NCBI GenBank assembly: GCA_029263415.1
Contig: JAJCXN010000041.1
Location: forward strand, 141,338 to 205,337
Length of the DNA stretch: 64,000 nt
Reading direction: 5' to 3'
Source of the DNA: Acidobacteriota bacterium
GTDB taxonomy: Bacteria > Acidobacteriota > Thermoanaerobaculia > Multivoradales > Multivoraceae
Positions 46,035-56,271 of this stretch are shown here, piece after piece; position 1 is the first letter of the stretch; the number at the start of each line of letters is the position of its first letter. The notes below the pieces were generated by a model. The model saw only the letters and a list, made by a program, of their open reading frames with translations. It did not search any database and was not told the DNA's origin. A program made the translations under genes and the position numbers.

Positions 46035-46622
46035 ATGAGCGATCTAGAACCGACCGATCCTATTCGAGAGTCCGCGACCGCTGCGGGTGAATACGCCGCG
46101 CTGAGTGGGGCGACGTTTGATTCCCGGCTGCGGTGGTATTGGTTTTGGCAGGTCGCTCTCATTCTGATCTTGACTGGAGTGGGAGTACTGGCGTTGCCGT
46201 TCTGGTTGTTTGGGATCGGGCAAGTCTGGACTCGGAAACTGTTCGAGTCGATGCAGGCTGAACTCACCGAGAAGTCGCTCAACTATCGCAAGGGAGTGTT
46301 CTTCAAGGTCGAGAAGACCATTCCGCTCGAACAGATACAGGATCTCACCATTCACGAGGGACCGCTGCTGAAGGCGCTCGGAATCTGTTCACTGGCGGTG
46401 GAAACCGCCGGTCAGAACACGGCAGGTGGTGGCGTAGCTCGACTGACCGGCATTGCCGGCGCCCGCGAGTTTCGCAATTCGGTGCTTGCGTCTCGCGACG
46501 CGGTCAAGGCCGGAGGATGGACCGCTGCTAGTCGGGCTGACGCATCGGCGACGGCGACCGATGACGAGATGTCTCGAGTGGTCGATCTCCTGACCGAGAT
46601 TCGCGACCTGCTGGCCAAGTAG
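46035..46622 (+). CDS. Bacterial PH domain (bPH_2/DUF304, YdbS-like) membrane protein
   Basis: Two TM helices followed by IPLEQIQDLTIHEGPLLKALGICSLAVETAGQN, a typical bPH_2 block. Perfect AAGGAG Shine-Dalgarno sequence 7 nt upstream of the ATG. Confidence 0.7.
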   Translation: MSDLEPTDPIRESATAAGEYAALSGATFDSRLRWYWFWQVALILILTGVGVLALPFWLFGIGQVWTRKLFESMQAELTEKSLNYRKGVFFKVEKTIPLEQIQDLTIHEGPLLKALGICSLAVETAGQNTAGGGVARLTGIAGAREFRNSVLASRDAVKAGGWTAASRADASATATDDEMSRVVDLLTEIRDLLAK

Positions 46623-46642
46623 ACCTGCTGGCCAAGTAGAGG

Positions 46643-47848
46643 TCAAGCCGTTTCGCAGAGGGCTCTTGCTAGGGACTGATTGATTGACACTGCTTGCTCT
46701 AGTTCCCGCAGATCGATCCTCTCATCGAGGGTGTGTGCCAAGGTTTCGTCCCCCGGTGCGAAGCCGATGGGCACGGCACCAGATGCAGCGAAATGTCCAC
46801 CATCGGTGGCGAAGTTCCAGGGTTCTGATCCTGAGGGGCCGCCGTGTTCAACAACGATCCTGACGGCTTCTTGAACTGCAGGATGCTCGCTTGGCAACAG
46901 GTAGGTTGGATTGCTGGCTGGGATGGGGCGAGATAGACCAGTGTAGGTTTGCCGCGGATACGTGGGAATCTCCACCTGACACGTGCAGCGGTCGTGCTCC
47001 TCCACGGAGTTGCAGGCAAGCGTGGCCAACTCAAGCAGGCCGGCTCGAGCCTGCTCAGCGTCTTGCCCCGGAACGGTGCGGATGTCGATGGTTTGGTGAA
47101 CCTCTGCGGGGATCACGTTAGCGCTGGTTTGATCGGTCTCGAGCAACGTGGGGGCGAGCGTAGAGGGCCCTAGTTCGTCATGGTCGTCGAGTGGCAGGCG
47201 GCCGAGTAGGTTCATGAACCTGCCGTATGGGTACAAGGGGTTCCTGGCTCGGTGGGGAACGCTGGCGTGCGCGCTACGACCAAAGAAAGAGATCATGAGT
47301 TCGATCCGTCCTCGATGGCCACGTCTGACCTGATTGGAGCTGGGCTCGCCAACGATTACGATCGGCGGTTGGTCTGACGCGCCACCACTCAGCGCCTTCA
47401 GGCGTGGCGCTAGGTGTCGTGCTCCAACACCACCGATCTCTTCTTGCACCACCGCAGTAACCCAGACGTCGCCTGCGGCTGGTGCCTTGAGCAACGCCGC
47501 CGCTCCGTACACCTGAGCAGCAAGTGGCCCTTTGATATCGACGGTCCCCCGTCCGAAGAGAATGTCGCCCTCGAAGTGGGCTGCGAACGGCGGATGAGGC
47601 CAACGCGTCTGATCGCCCACGTCGACGTGATCTAGATGGGTGTTGAAGAACAGTCCAGGCGCTCGACCCGCTCCAGGCGCTCGAGCAAGGACGTTGCCGA
47701 CCTCGTCGATGTGAATGTCAGCGAAACCGAGCTCTTCGAGCTCCTTCGACATCACCTGGGCGATGGCGCCCTCGTGACCTGGTAGTGACTCGGTTTGGAC
47801 TAGACGCTTGAGGAATTCGACGCAGTTGGCCTGGGTGGGAGCCTTCAT
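46643..47848 (-). CDS. M20 family metallopeptidase (ArgE/DapE/acetylornithine deacetylase-like)
   Basis: N-terminal LVQTESLPGHEGAIAQVMSKELEELGF...FNTHLDHVDVGD and C-terminal GGHFAASGAVPIGFAPGDETLAHTLDERIDL are M20 blocks. Confidence 0.8.
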   Translation of the reverse strand: MKAPTQANCVEFLKRLVQTESLPGHEGAIAQVMSKELEELGFADIHIDEVGNVLARAPGAGRAPGLFFNTHLDHVDVGDQTRWPHPPFAAHFEGDILFGRGTVDIKGPLAAQVYGAAALLKAPAAGDVWVTAVVQEEIGGVGARHLAPRLKALSGGASDQPPIVIVGEPSSNQVRRGHRGRIELMISFFGRSAHASVPHRARNPLYPYGRFMNLLGRLPLDDHDELGPSTLAPTLLETDQTSANVIPAEVHQTIDIRTVPGQDAEQARAGLLELATLACNSVEEHDRCTCQVEIPTYPRQTYTGLSRPIPASNPTYLLPSEHPAVQEAVRIVVEHGGPSGSEPWNFATDGGHFAASGAVPIGFAPGDETLAHTLDERIDLRELEQAVSINQSLARALCETA

Positions 47849-48072
47849 GAGACGGGGCTTCTTCCTTGATTTGCTGCGGCCGGGAGGGAACTGTCTTCGG
47901 ATGCCGCCGTTATGATGGTGCTACCAACGTTACCGATCGTCGCCATCGCAGCACGATGGCACCTCTAACCTCTACCAGTAGTCGTCGAATTCAGGGGACC
48001 TGCGGTCTCGAATTCGGCACAGTTTGCAGCGCACGACATTGAGATCGTACGCATTAATGGAGAATCGAAATC

Positions 48073-49095
48073 ATGCGAAACCACAAGTCTAAACGTACCC
48101 TGTCTTGGGCTCTGATTGCCGCCTTGGCGAGCCTCTTTGTGCTTGGCACCTCGAGCACCGCGTCTGCTCAGGATGACTCTGAAGTGAAGAAGAAGGTCCG
48201 GGTGATGGTCAAGAAGCACGTTCAATGCGAGGGTGACGATTGTGAAGATGCCAGCGCCAATGTCTGGGTCGGTGAGGATGGCTCCACACATACCCTCCAC
48301 GCCGGGCAGGGGACGAGAGTCATGTTTGTCGGCGGCAACGACGACGGCGAGAGCGGCCATGGCGAAGGTGGGCACCTAGTCCGCGAGTTCATCGTCAAAG
48401 GATCGGGCGAGCCCAGCACCAGCGGTAATCACACCTGGGTTAGCGCCAACGGTGACCACAGTATCTTCTCAACTGGTGGCGGTGGCTTTCTGGGTGTGCA
48501 GCTGGTCGAACTGACCGATGCTCTCCGTGATCGTTTCGACGTGGCCGCGGGCGTGGGCGTCATGGTCAGCGAGGTGGTTGCCGGATCCCCTGCTGAACAG
48601 GCTGGTATCACCGCCGGTGACGTGATCGTTGCGGTGGATGGCGAGACCGTTTCTGGCGCCTCTTCGTTGACCCGTAAGGTCAGCTCGCTCGAAGAGGGCG
48701 AGAATGTAGCGTTCGAGATTTCGAGCGACGGTCAGAGCCGCACAGTGAATGCAACTCTCGCCAAGCGCGAGGGTGGCATGGCGATGAGGCGATCCCTCAG
48801 TCTGCCCGGCACGGGTGGCAACGTCATGAAGTTTCGCACTCACGGTGCAGGTGACGGAAACGTGTTCGTTGAAGACTGCGATGAAGAGGGCGACGGCTGC
48901 GACGTCGAAATGATCATCGAACGGGTAGTCGGCGAGCACGGCGGGGCCCACGTGATTGATCTCGAGGGCGTTGACTTCGGCGGACTCGACTGTGGTGATG
49001 GAGACAGCTGTGAAATCGAAGTGACCTGCGAGGAAGGCGGCTGCGTGTGCGTGGTCGACGGAGATGAGGTCGCTTGCGAGGGGCTCGGCGAGTAG
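48073..49095 (+). CDS. Secreted PDZ-domain protein with an acidic, Cys-rich C-terminal tail
   Basis: Signal peptide. PDZ-like GVQLVELTDALRDRFDV...GVMVSEVVAGSPAEQAGITAGDVIVAVDGETVSGASSL. Tail DCDEEGDGCDVE...CGDGDSCEIEVTCEEGGCVCVVDGDEVACEG. Confidence 0.6.
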   Translation: MRNHKSKRTLSWALIAALASLFVLGTSSTASAQDDSEVKKKVRVMVKKHVQCEGDDCEDASANVWVGEDGSTHTLHAGQGTRVMFVGGNDDGESGHGEGGHLVREFIVKGSGEPSTSGNHTWVSANGDHSIFSTGGGGFLGVQLVELTDALRDRFDVAAGVGVMVSEVVAGSPAEQAGITAGDVIVAVDGETVSGASSLTRKVSSLEEGENVAFEISSDGQSRTVNATLAKREGGMAMRRSLSLPGTGGNVMKFRTHGAGDGNVFVEDCDEEGDGCDVEMIIERVVGEHGGAHVIDLEGVDFGGLDCGDGDSCEIEVTCEEGGCVCVVDGDEVACEGLGE

Positions 49096-49370
49096 CTTGA
49101 TCGCAGCGTCGGCTCCTAGTGGAGGAAACGGTCGTGTCATTGGCACGGCCGTTTCTGCGTACGGCCGCCGCCGCCGAATGTGGACGAGGGCGAGCATCAA
49201 CGACGGGGTGTTCGCAGTCTCGAGCGCGGCCCTGATCTGCGAGTCGGAAGCAGTGATCCTGGGCAGTTCGGAGGGGTGAGACTGGGCCTGTCATAGGGCG
49301 CTGTGTTGCTTGGATCCGGATGCGAGTAGTTCCGAATCTTAGGCCGCGGCGTAGACCTTGAACTGGGCCT

Positions 49371-50432
49371 TCAGGCGACGTCGGTTGTGGACGGATCGCG
49401 TGCGAGAACTGAGCTGAGTTGGCGAAGTTCGGTGGGTAGGGGTGAGCTGATGGTCAGCTGCCGATTGGTACTCGGGTGCGGGAACGAGAGGGACGTTGCG
49501 TGGAGCGCTAGTCGAGGTGATTGAAGAACACGGAGATCTTCGTCAGTGAGCGAGTTGGAAATGGCCCGCAGGAAAAGGCTGTCGCCAGCGGTGTACAAGG
49601 AGTCACCGAGGATGGGGTGGCCGATCGCAGCCAGGTGAACCCTGAGTTGATGTTGGCGACCGGTGGCGGGTTTGAGTTCGAGCAGAGTGCATTGTGGCTG
49701 TGATCCGGTCGGCGTGTTGGTCGAGAGGCTTCGATAGCGGGTCAGAGCCGATTGGCCGTTGGCGACAGTTGCCTGGCGAATCGGGACATTGCTTTGAGTG
49801 TCCCGCCCTATTGGTGTGTCGATCACGCCAGTCGGTTGCAAGAGCAGGCCGGCGACGATCGCTTGGTAGCTCTTGGCAAGCTTGTGGCCCTCGAACAGGC
49901 GCCCCACCTTGCTGCGGGCATCGCTAGTCTTGGCGAAAAGGACTACGCCGGAAGTCTCTCGATCGAGTCGGTGACACGGAGTTGCGCGGCCGGTCTGATG
50001 CGCCTCAGCTTGGTACCGGTGCACCTGTTCGAGCAGCGAGTTGGCGCGGTGGCTGCGAGTTGGATGGATCGCACAACCTGAGGCCTTGTCGATGGCGATG
50101 AGGGCGTCGTCCTCGTAGAGGATGGCCGACTTCCGCAAGGTGAGAGGTGAACTGTCCGCTTCACCGTCAACAAAGGGTGCGTCTAGATTCACCACGACCA
50201 ACTGTCCGGCTCGAACGCGCGCTGCAGGTCGATGCTGGATGACCGGTACGCCGCGCTGCTGCCAGTCCGGGTAAACCGTGATGCGTCGGTCCAAGAGGAG
50301 CATCTGGACCTGGGTGCGCGACTTGAACTGAAGGCGGCGCGCTAGGAGCCGATCGATGCGCTCGCCGTCCTCGGCTGAGCCGACCTGCACCGGCCACTCC
50401 TGGACGGGCAAGCTCATATCTCTTTGGCGCAC
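49371..50432 (-). CDS. RluA-family pseudouridine synthase (RluC/RluD-like, with S4 domain)
   Basis: Catalytic block HRLDRETSGVVLFAKT. S4-like N-terminus ERIDRLLARRLQFKSRTQVQMLLLDRRITV. Confidence 0.85.
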   Translation of the reverse strand: MRQRDMSLPVQEWPVQVGSAEDGERIDRLLARRLQFKSRTQVQMLLLDRRITVYPDWQQRGVPVIQHRPAARVRAGQLVVVNLDAPFVDGEADSSPLTLRKSAILYEDDALIAIDKASGCAIHPTRSHRANSLLEQVHRYQAEAHQTGRATPCHRLDRETSGVVLFAKTSDARSKVGRLFEGHKLAKSYQAIVAGLLLQPTGVIDTPIGRDTQSNVPIRQATVANGQSALTRYRSLSTNTPTGSQPQCTLLELKPATGRQHQLRVHLAAIGHPILGDSLYTAGDSLFLRAISNSLTDEDLRVLQSPRLALHATSLSFPHPSTNRQLTISSPLPTELRQLSSVLARDPSTTDVA

Positions 50433-50448
50433 TTTGCTTTTGGAGGCC

Positions 50449-51387
50449 TTAGATAAAGAGGTCGATCGCGCCAGGCACGATATCGATCGCCTCGATATGG
50501 AGCGTCCGGATCTCGCCGTCGATCATGACCAACTGCTCCTGGCCTGAGTTGAATTTGACGTTGCTGAACTGTCGGATGTGAGCGGCTGGGTGTTCTAGAT
50601 GGCTTCCGTCGTAGACCTTGGGCAGAGTCTGAAGCAGTTGCAGCCGAGACACGGGGTCGACGTACACCAAATCTCCAAGGCCATCGTTGGTGTTCGCGGG
50701 TGGCGCGATTTGCATGCCCTTGCCGAAGGTGATGGTGTTCTGAAAAGCGACGAGCGGCGTTTCCTGCTTGATGTTGCTAGTGGTCCCGTCTTGGGTGACG
50801 TCGCAGTTCAACTCGATGTTGGTGAGCCGTATGGCCTCAAGCAAAGCGCCGACGTTGTAGGCGGCCGACCGCAGGGGCTTTAAATAGCGATTGACGGTTT
50901 GTGCAACCAGGGTTGGAATGCCGAGTGTGATGGTTGACAGGGCGATCAGTTCCGAATTGCCGCTGGAGTCGGGTTGATGGCGCAAGCGAAGAACATCCAG
51001 CGGCTCGGTACGATTGTGCTCGAGTGCTTCGAGCACTGCATCGACATCTTTTGCAAAGTGCGCAACCAACGAGTTTCCAGTGCCTAGCGGCAGCACGCCG
51101 AGGCGAACGCGTTCATGCGCTTTTGAGGCTGGGCCAACGACGCCGTTGGCAACTTCGAACGCCGTCCCGTCGCCGCCGACTGCGAGAAAGTCGCGTGTGC
51201 CACTAGCAAAAGCACGGCGGGCGATCGCCTCGGCCTCCATCGGACCGGCGGTGCGCTGGACGTCGAGATGGATTCCCGACTGCTCGAGCTGGGCGAGCTG
51301 GGCGAGCACAGATCCCGCCCGACGACCGCAGCGGCCAGAACCGGCATTGGGGTTGATGATCGCTAACAGCGTACGCATAAATGGCAA
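50449..51387 (-). CDS. Lipid kinase, diacylglycerol kinase catalytic domain family (YegS/BmrU-like)
   Basis: LAIINPNAGSG...FLAVGGDGTAFEVANG is the DAGK_cat signature. Confidence 0.8.
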   Translation of the reverse strand: MPFMRTLLAIINPNAGSGRCGRRAGSVLAQLAQLEQSGIHLDVQRTAGPMEAEAIARRAFASGTRDFLAVGGDGTAFEVANGVVGPASKAHERVRLGVLPLGTGNSLVAHFAKDVDAVLEALEHNRTEPLDVLRLRHQPDSSGNSELIALSTITLGIPTLVAQTVNRYLKPLRSAAYNVGALLEAIRLTNIELNCDVTQDGTTSNIKQETPLVAFQNTITFGKGMQIAPPANTNDGLGDLVYVDPVSRLQLLQTLPKVYDGSHLEHPAAHIRQFSNVKFNSGQEQLVMIDGEIRTLHIEAIDIVPGAIDLFI

Positions 51388-51409
51388 CCTAGAAGTGGTG
51401 GGGGCGGTG

Positions 51410-53599
51410 TCAGTTCCACTGGCTCGTGTCGCCAGTCTCGAACCCGCTACGAAAGAGCCCGCTGTCCATGGCGCACCAGAGTTCCCATTGATACTCCGTG
51501 AACGTGCTAGTCGGGTTGTCCGGCGTCGCGTTTACGCTGACTCTTATTGCCAGGGGGCGGTCGTGGGGGGCGCGCTCAGCGTTGAAGACGTCGCTTGAGA
51601 TGTCGAGATCGATTTCGGCCCAGCGCCGCTGCTGATTGCCGGCGGAGAATGGTAAGCCTATGGTGATGGGTGGCCCGAGCAGCTGGTCGCTCTCACCCAG
51701 AGGCTGAAACCCGATGGTGGCGCTCTGCCCGGGCATTGTCGCATCGTAGAGGCGCCGCAGTCGGATCTCTGGCCCACACCCGTCGGCGTTCAGTATGAAG
51801 CTCGAGGTTCCGGTGCTGCGTTCGATCCCGCTCCAGGTGGCTTCATGGCCCGGGTTCCCTTCGTATTTCGCGGTGAGTGTTCGCTCGGACCATGTGCCAC
51901 TGTGTTGGTATTGATGCTCTGCACGGTTCTCCTCGGAGCCGGTGTTGAAGCGATCGGCTTGACGCCACTCGACTCCACTCGACGGTGCCGCGTAGAAGAA
52001 GTTGGTATGGCGGGCTGTCATCGCGTCGGTGCCGGTTGCGCCGGCCTCGAGGCGAGCGTCGATCGACGATCTGGCGATCGGCGCGTCGGCCGGTGTCCAG
52101 CGATACATGGTGGTATGCGCGGGCGGTTGCTGCGCGCTGCCACGATTGGTTCGTTGACCGGGTCGCCGTGACCACTCGCTTTGGGTGATCATCCCGGACA
52201 ACGCGTGGGCGTAGGGACCTTGGTCGAAATAGAAGCCTCCTGCGTAGTAGTCCTCGGTGCCGGTTCCATAGTGAGCTGGATGCTTGCTGCCATCGAGGTA
52301 GATGCGTTCGTCGCCTTCGAGGTAAGGGTGGCGGTTCACCTTGCTTGCACTCAGATGAGCGAAGGTTCCCACCCATTTGGTGGCGCTGCGGGTACGCAGC
52401 ATCTCAAGGTCGCGACCCGGTTCGGTTTGGTCGGTCACCGTTGTGACTGCCAAGAGGCCCGCGTTCGGGTCGACCTGCCCTGCTCGATTGCGAACACGAA
52501 TGGTGATCGGGATCGACCCTGTGCTTGCTGTCGAACGAACGGTAATCTGAGCGTTCCTGCGAAACGGCATTGGCAAGTAGAGCGTCGCGGTGTCGCCGAC
52601 CCGCGGGGACAAGAACAGTGACCCCGGGACCGAACTGGCTTGCTCCGGTGTTGCAAACAGATCGCGGACGGCGACGTTGCTGCTGATCGTGTCGAACGTC
52701 AGCGTGTCGAACGTCAGTGCGATCTCCAAGTCGTCCCAGTGCGAGCGCGGTGCAGTCAGCTCGACCCCCGTCAGCATGCCCGGCCCTACCTCCGAGAGTG
52801 CGGCCGAGTCGCCAGGGACGAGAACCGCGGTCTGCTCTGACCACTTTCCAGGTCGGACTGACCAAGGATCTGTGCCGGGTTGCTCCAGACGGTCCCGCAG
52901 TTTAGTGAGCCGTTGCTCGGCCCCAGCGAAGCTGAAAGAAGAGACATTCAGGTCGTTGCGACCGCGGTGGAAGTGGAACTGAAACCACAGGGTTTCATCG
53001 TCAGCATCGGACACCGTGACTCGACACCGGTGTTGGTAGGGAATCGGTACTACCGTGAAGTTGCCGCCGCTGGCGGCGTCTCGATCTTCGGCAAGCGGAG
53101 ACGTGAAGGGTTCTACGGTTCCATCAAACAAGGCCCGCAGTGGGAGGTCGATCGCTGGCGTCGGAGAGTCGTCGAGGTAGAAACGGATGCGGACAGTCTC
53201 GCTCAAGGGAGCACTGGTCCCGTGGCCCGAGGTCATCCAGATCCGGGTGATGGCTCCCGGTCCTGTTTCATCAAAGATAACGCCCTCGTCGCCGTCGACC
53301 GAAAGGTAGCGATCGTCACCTTGCGAGTGGCGATCGTACCGACAGCCGCCGTTGCAGAACGAGCTGCGAAGTTCGACGCGACTCCGAAAATCGAGAGCCG
53401 CTACCGAGGCAAGATCTAGCCAAGACTCCCAGGGCTGCGACACGTCCTCAGCCAACGGCTCAGCAGTCCCCACCTGAACGGATTGATTGCTCGACGTGTG
53501 CGCTTGCAGGCTTTCATTCGCGCCACATGCAGTTAGACCTACGAGCAGCGGCAGCAGCATTGGGGCGGACCAGCCCGTTGGCCGCAGTGATGGTTGCAT
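51410..53599 (-). CDS. Large secreted lipoprotein; possibly DUF2961/GH172-like (uncertain)
   Basis: Lipobox LLPLLVGLTACG. The block IYLDGSKHPAHYGTGTEDYYAGGFYF resembles the DUF2961 signature as I remember it. The rest is unrecognised. Confidence 0.45.
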   Translation of the reverse strand: MQPSLRPTGWSAPMLLPLLVGLTACGANESLQAHTSSNQSVQVGTAEPLAEDVSQPWESWLDLASVAALDFRSRVELRSSFCNGGCRYDRHSQGDDRYLSVDGDEGVIFDETGPGAITRIWMTSGHGTSAPLSETVRIRFYLDDSPTPAIDLPLRALFDGTVEPFTSPLAEDRDAASGGNFTVVPIPYQHRCRVTVSDADDETLWFQFHFHRGRNDLNVSSFSFAGAEQRLTKLRDRLEQPGTDPWSVRPGKWSEQTAVLVPGDSAALSEVGPGMLTGVELTAPRSHWDDLEIALTFDTLTFDTISSNVAVRDLFATPEQASSVPGSLFLSPRVGDTATLYLPMPFRRNAQITVRSTASTGSIPITIRVRNRAGQVDPNAGLLAVTTVTDQTEPGRDLEMLRTRSATKWVGTFAHLSASKVNRHPYLEGDERIYLDGSKHPAHYGTGTEDYYAGGFYFDQGPYAHALSGMITQSEWSRRPGQRTNRGSAQQPPAHTTMYRWTPADAPIARSSIDARLEAGATGTDAMTARHTNFFYAAPSSGVEWRQADRFNTGSEENRAEHQYQHSGTWSERTLTAKYEGNPGHEATWSGIERSTGTSSFILNADGCGPEIRLRRLYDATMPGQSATIGFQPLGESDQLLGPPITIGLPFSAGNQQRRWAEIDLDISSDVFNAERAPHDRPLAIRVSVNATPDNPTSTFTEYQWELWCAMDSGLFRSGFETGDTSQWN

Positions 53600-53758
53600 C
53601 CGTGCGAGCATGAGCTGAGATTGTAGCTCGCGAGTCGTGGCTTTCCTCAAAAATTCCCTGTGGCCGACGCCGTGCAAGAGTCTTTCGGAAGGCCCGGTCG
53701 AATTGACCGAAGGAAAGTCCAGCGCTCCTCGTAAGCCGGTTCGCCATCTAGCGGCGTT

Positions 53759-55027
53759 CTACCGATCGAACGCTACGGACTGTAAGTCTTGCCAAGCCAC
53801 GAGCGTCTCGGTCGAGCCGTTGATGACTAGAACCCCCGCATTGTCTTCTGCTGCATCCTGGGTTTCGGAGAGGGCGAGCGTATCGCCGCTGCGCAGTTTC
53901 ACCGCGCAGCCGTTGTCACCAGTCGGAGCGATTGATTGGATCAATCCAAAAGGGATGAAGTAGATGATGCCATCGAGTTCGCCGTCGAACAGCTCCCAGT
54001 CGCGCTCCTCATCGAGATCGAAAACGATCTGGCCCTGCAGCCGCTCGCCGGCTTTGGTCGTGACTGTCCCCCGGAGGCCTCCGAGGGGTGCGAAACTGTC
54101 GTACCCCGGCCCAGACGCCAGCAGCTGATCGGTGAAGGTCACCTTGTTGAAGGACATCCACGGGATCTCGACTTTTCCGAAGCGCGGGTCCTCGACCAAT
54201 AGCCCTCTATTGTCGTCATCGACGTCGTTGCTGTCTGTGAGTGTCAATGAGCGGCCATCGCGCAGCTCAACGACTGAAGCGTCGTCTCCATCCCGAGTGA
54301 TGCTTCGCAAGTTGCCCATCGGGATCGAGAAATCGATGTCGTCCTCTTCGCCGTCGAGTCGATCGACGCTGATCGATTCTTGCTTGTCCCACTGCACGTA
54401 ACCTCGGAAGGTGCCGGCCGCGGTTTCGATGGTGCCGTGCAGTCGTTCGCCCCAAGGCTCAGAGGATGCAGGCGCCTGGGAAAAGGTGATGGTGTCAACG
54501 CGTTTCCAAGCGATTTCGATGTCGCCGAGCGAGGGGTCGCGGATAGAGATGGCCGGATTAACATCGTTGGACGATCCTTCTACATGGACGTTCGAGCCAT
54601 CCTTCATCAGCAGATTGGCTTCATTGTCGTCGAGCACTTCAATCACGCTGATGTCGCCAAAGCGCGCCACGAAGCTGCGTTGCTTCGAGGAGTTGCCCCA
54701 ATCGAAGCTGATCTTGCGACCAAAGACTTCGTACTCGCGCTTGGCGCCCCCGCCGTCGCCGTGATCGTCGAGGTACGGCGTGTCCTGTTTTCTACTGTTG
54801 AAGAGGTCGCCCCAGAAGGTCTCTTCGTCGTCCCAGCGCAGCAAGCCGGTGAAGCTTTGACCTTTCTTCGTCATGACAGTGCCGTGAATGGAGCCAGTCG
54901 TGCTCGATTGTTCGAGGGCGGACTGGGCCTCCTGTGCCTCTGATTGTGCGCTCGAAGTTCCTGTGCTGAGAACTAGAGCGAGGAGAATCAAGGCTGGGGT
55001 AAGAGGGCGGCATTTAGAGGTCGGCAT
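53759..55027 (-). CDS. Hypothetical secreted protein with ~3-4 internal sequence repeats
   Basis: Signal peptide MPTSKCRPLTPALILLALVLSTGTSSAQS. Repeated modules of the form GT(V/I)xTxxGxxFxGxxxWDxxExxxxxLxG. Confidence 0.5.
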   Translation of the reverse strand: MPTSKCRPLTPALILLALVLSTGTSSAQSEAQEAQSALEQSSTTGSIHGTVMTKKGQSFTGLLRWDDEETFWGDLFNSRKQDTPYLDDHGDGGGAKREYEVFGRKISFDWGNSSKQRSFVARFGDISVIEVLDDNEANLLMKDGSNVHVEGSSNDVNPAISIRDPSLGDIEIAWKRVDTITFSQAPASSEPWGERLHGTIETAAGTFRGYVQWDKQESISVDRLDGEEDDIDFSIPMGNLRSITRDGDDASVVELRDGRSLTLTDSNDVDDDNRGLLVEDPRFGKVEIPWMSFNKVTFTDQLLASGPGYDSFAPLGGLRGTVTTKAGERLQGQIVFDLDEERDWELFDGELDGIIYFIPFGLIQSIAPTGDNGCAVKLRSGDTLALSETQDAAEDNAGVLVINGSTETLVAWQDLQSVAFDR

Positions 55028-55158
55028 CAAAGTGTCTTTCGGTTGTCGGCTTAAGGGGGCGGGCTGAGAGGGTGGACCTGTGCCTGGATGGGCGTCCTGC
55101 GTCTCAGCTACGATAGCGCCAACCCGCATTGTTCAAGAACAGATAAGGAGGTAGTGCT

Positions 55159-56271
55159 GTGACTTTTGTAGGTTCGGTTCGTGTCCCCGTACTGTTATAC
55201 GCGATCGCACTGCTTCTGATTGCATCTCCTGGCCAAGGTCAGGAGATTCCTCGCACCCCAAGTGGCATGCCCGACCTCTCAGGCACCTACGACATCGCCA
55301 CTCTTACGCCGCTGTCGCGACCAGAGGAGTTCGGTGACAAGTTGTTCTTGACCCAGGAAGAAGCCGATGCGATCCGCACCCGTGAGGCCGAGTATCGCCA
55401 GTTGCGGGACCTGCCTACCGATCCCGACCGCTCCGCGCCTCGCGCGGGAGGCGCACCGCCGGTTGGGTTGGACGATTCTCAGAGTGAACGCAGTGGCGCC
55501 GGCAACGTTGGTGGGTACAACAACTTTTGGGTCGATCGGGGTAGTGAGGCCTTTGCCGTGGACGGTCGCTACCGCACGTCGATCATCACCGACCCCAAGA
55601 ACGGTCGCCAGCCAGCCATGACCCCAGAGGCCCGCGCTCGACGGGCCCAGCGTTTTCGTTTCTACAAGCCTAACGACGGCAAGGCGTGGTGGGTGGCGAG
55701 CAAGGATCCTGGCCCCTACGACGGACCGGAAAGTCTGTCGTTGGGAGAACGTTGCTTGGTTGGGTTTGGTTCAACCGGGGGCCCGCCGATGCTTTCGGTG
55801 CTCTACAACAATCACAAACGGCTCGTTCTAACCGATGATCACCTGATGATTCTCACTGAGATGGTGCATGACGTGCGCATTGTGCGGATCGCACAACCGG
55901 GAGAAGGAGAGCACAGCCCGGCTGATCTTCGCCATTGGCTCGGCGATTCGGTCGGCCGTTGGCAGGGTGACACTCTGGTGGTCACCACCAAGAACTTTCG
56001 GGAAACACCCGCCTTTACTTCAGCCAGTCCCGAAATGGTGGTGACCGAGCGCTTCTCGATGCTCGACGGCGACACGCTGTTCTATGAGTTCACAGTCGAC
56101 GACGCCGCCACCTGGACTGCGCCCTGGGCCGGTTCTTACACCTGGCCCGCGACCGACAAGAAGGTATACGAGTACGCCTGTCACGAAGGCAACTACGCCA
56201 TGGAGGGCATTCTCAAGGGCGCCCGGCTGCTCGAAGCGGAAGCACTAGCCGCGGCTTCGACTGACGACTGA
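55159..56271 (+). CDS. Conserved secreted protein of unknown function (paralog 2 of 2)
   Basis: GTG start with a perfect AAGGAGG Shine-Dalgarno sequence. Signal peptide. ~50% identical by eye to the ORF at 17263-18318, including the C-terminal YEYACHEGNYAMEGIL. Confidence 0.65.
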   Translation: MTFVGSVRVPVLLYAIALLLIASPGQGQEIPRTPSGMPDLSGTYDIATLTPLSRPEEFGDKLFLTQEEADAIRTREAEYRQLRDLPTDPDRSAPRAGGAPPVGLDDSQSERSGAGNVGGYNNFWVDRGSEAFAVDGRYRTSIITDPKNGRQPAMTPEARARRAQRFRFYKPNDGKAWWVASKDPGPYDGPESLSLGERCLVGFGSTGGPPMLSVLYNNHKRLVLTDDHLMILTEMVHDVRIVRIAQPGEGEHSPADLRHWLGDSVGRWQGDTLVVTTKNFRETPAFTSASPEMVVTERFSMLDGDTLFYEFTVDDAATWTAPWAGSYTWPATDKKVYEYACHEGNYAMEGILKGARLLEAEALAAASTDD

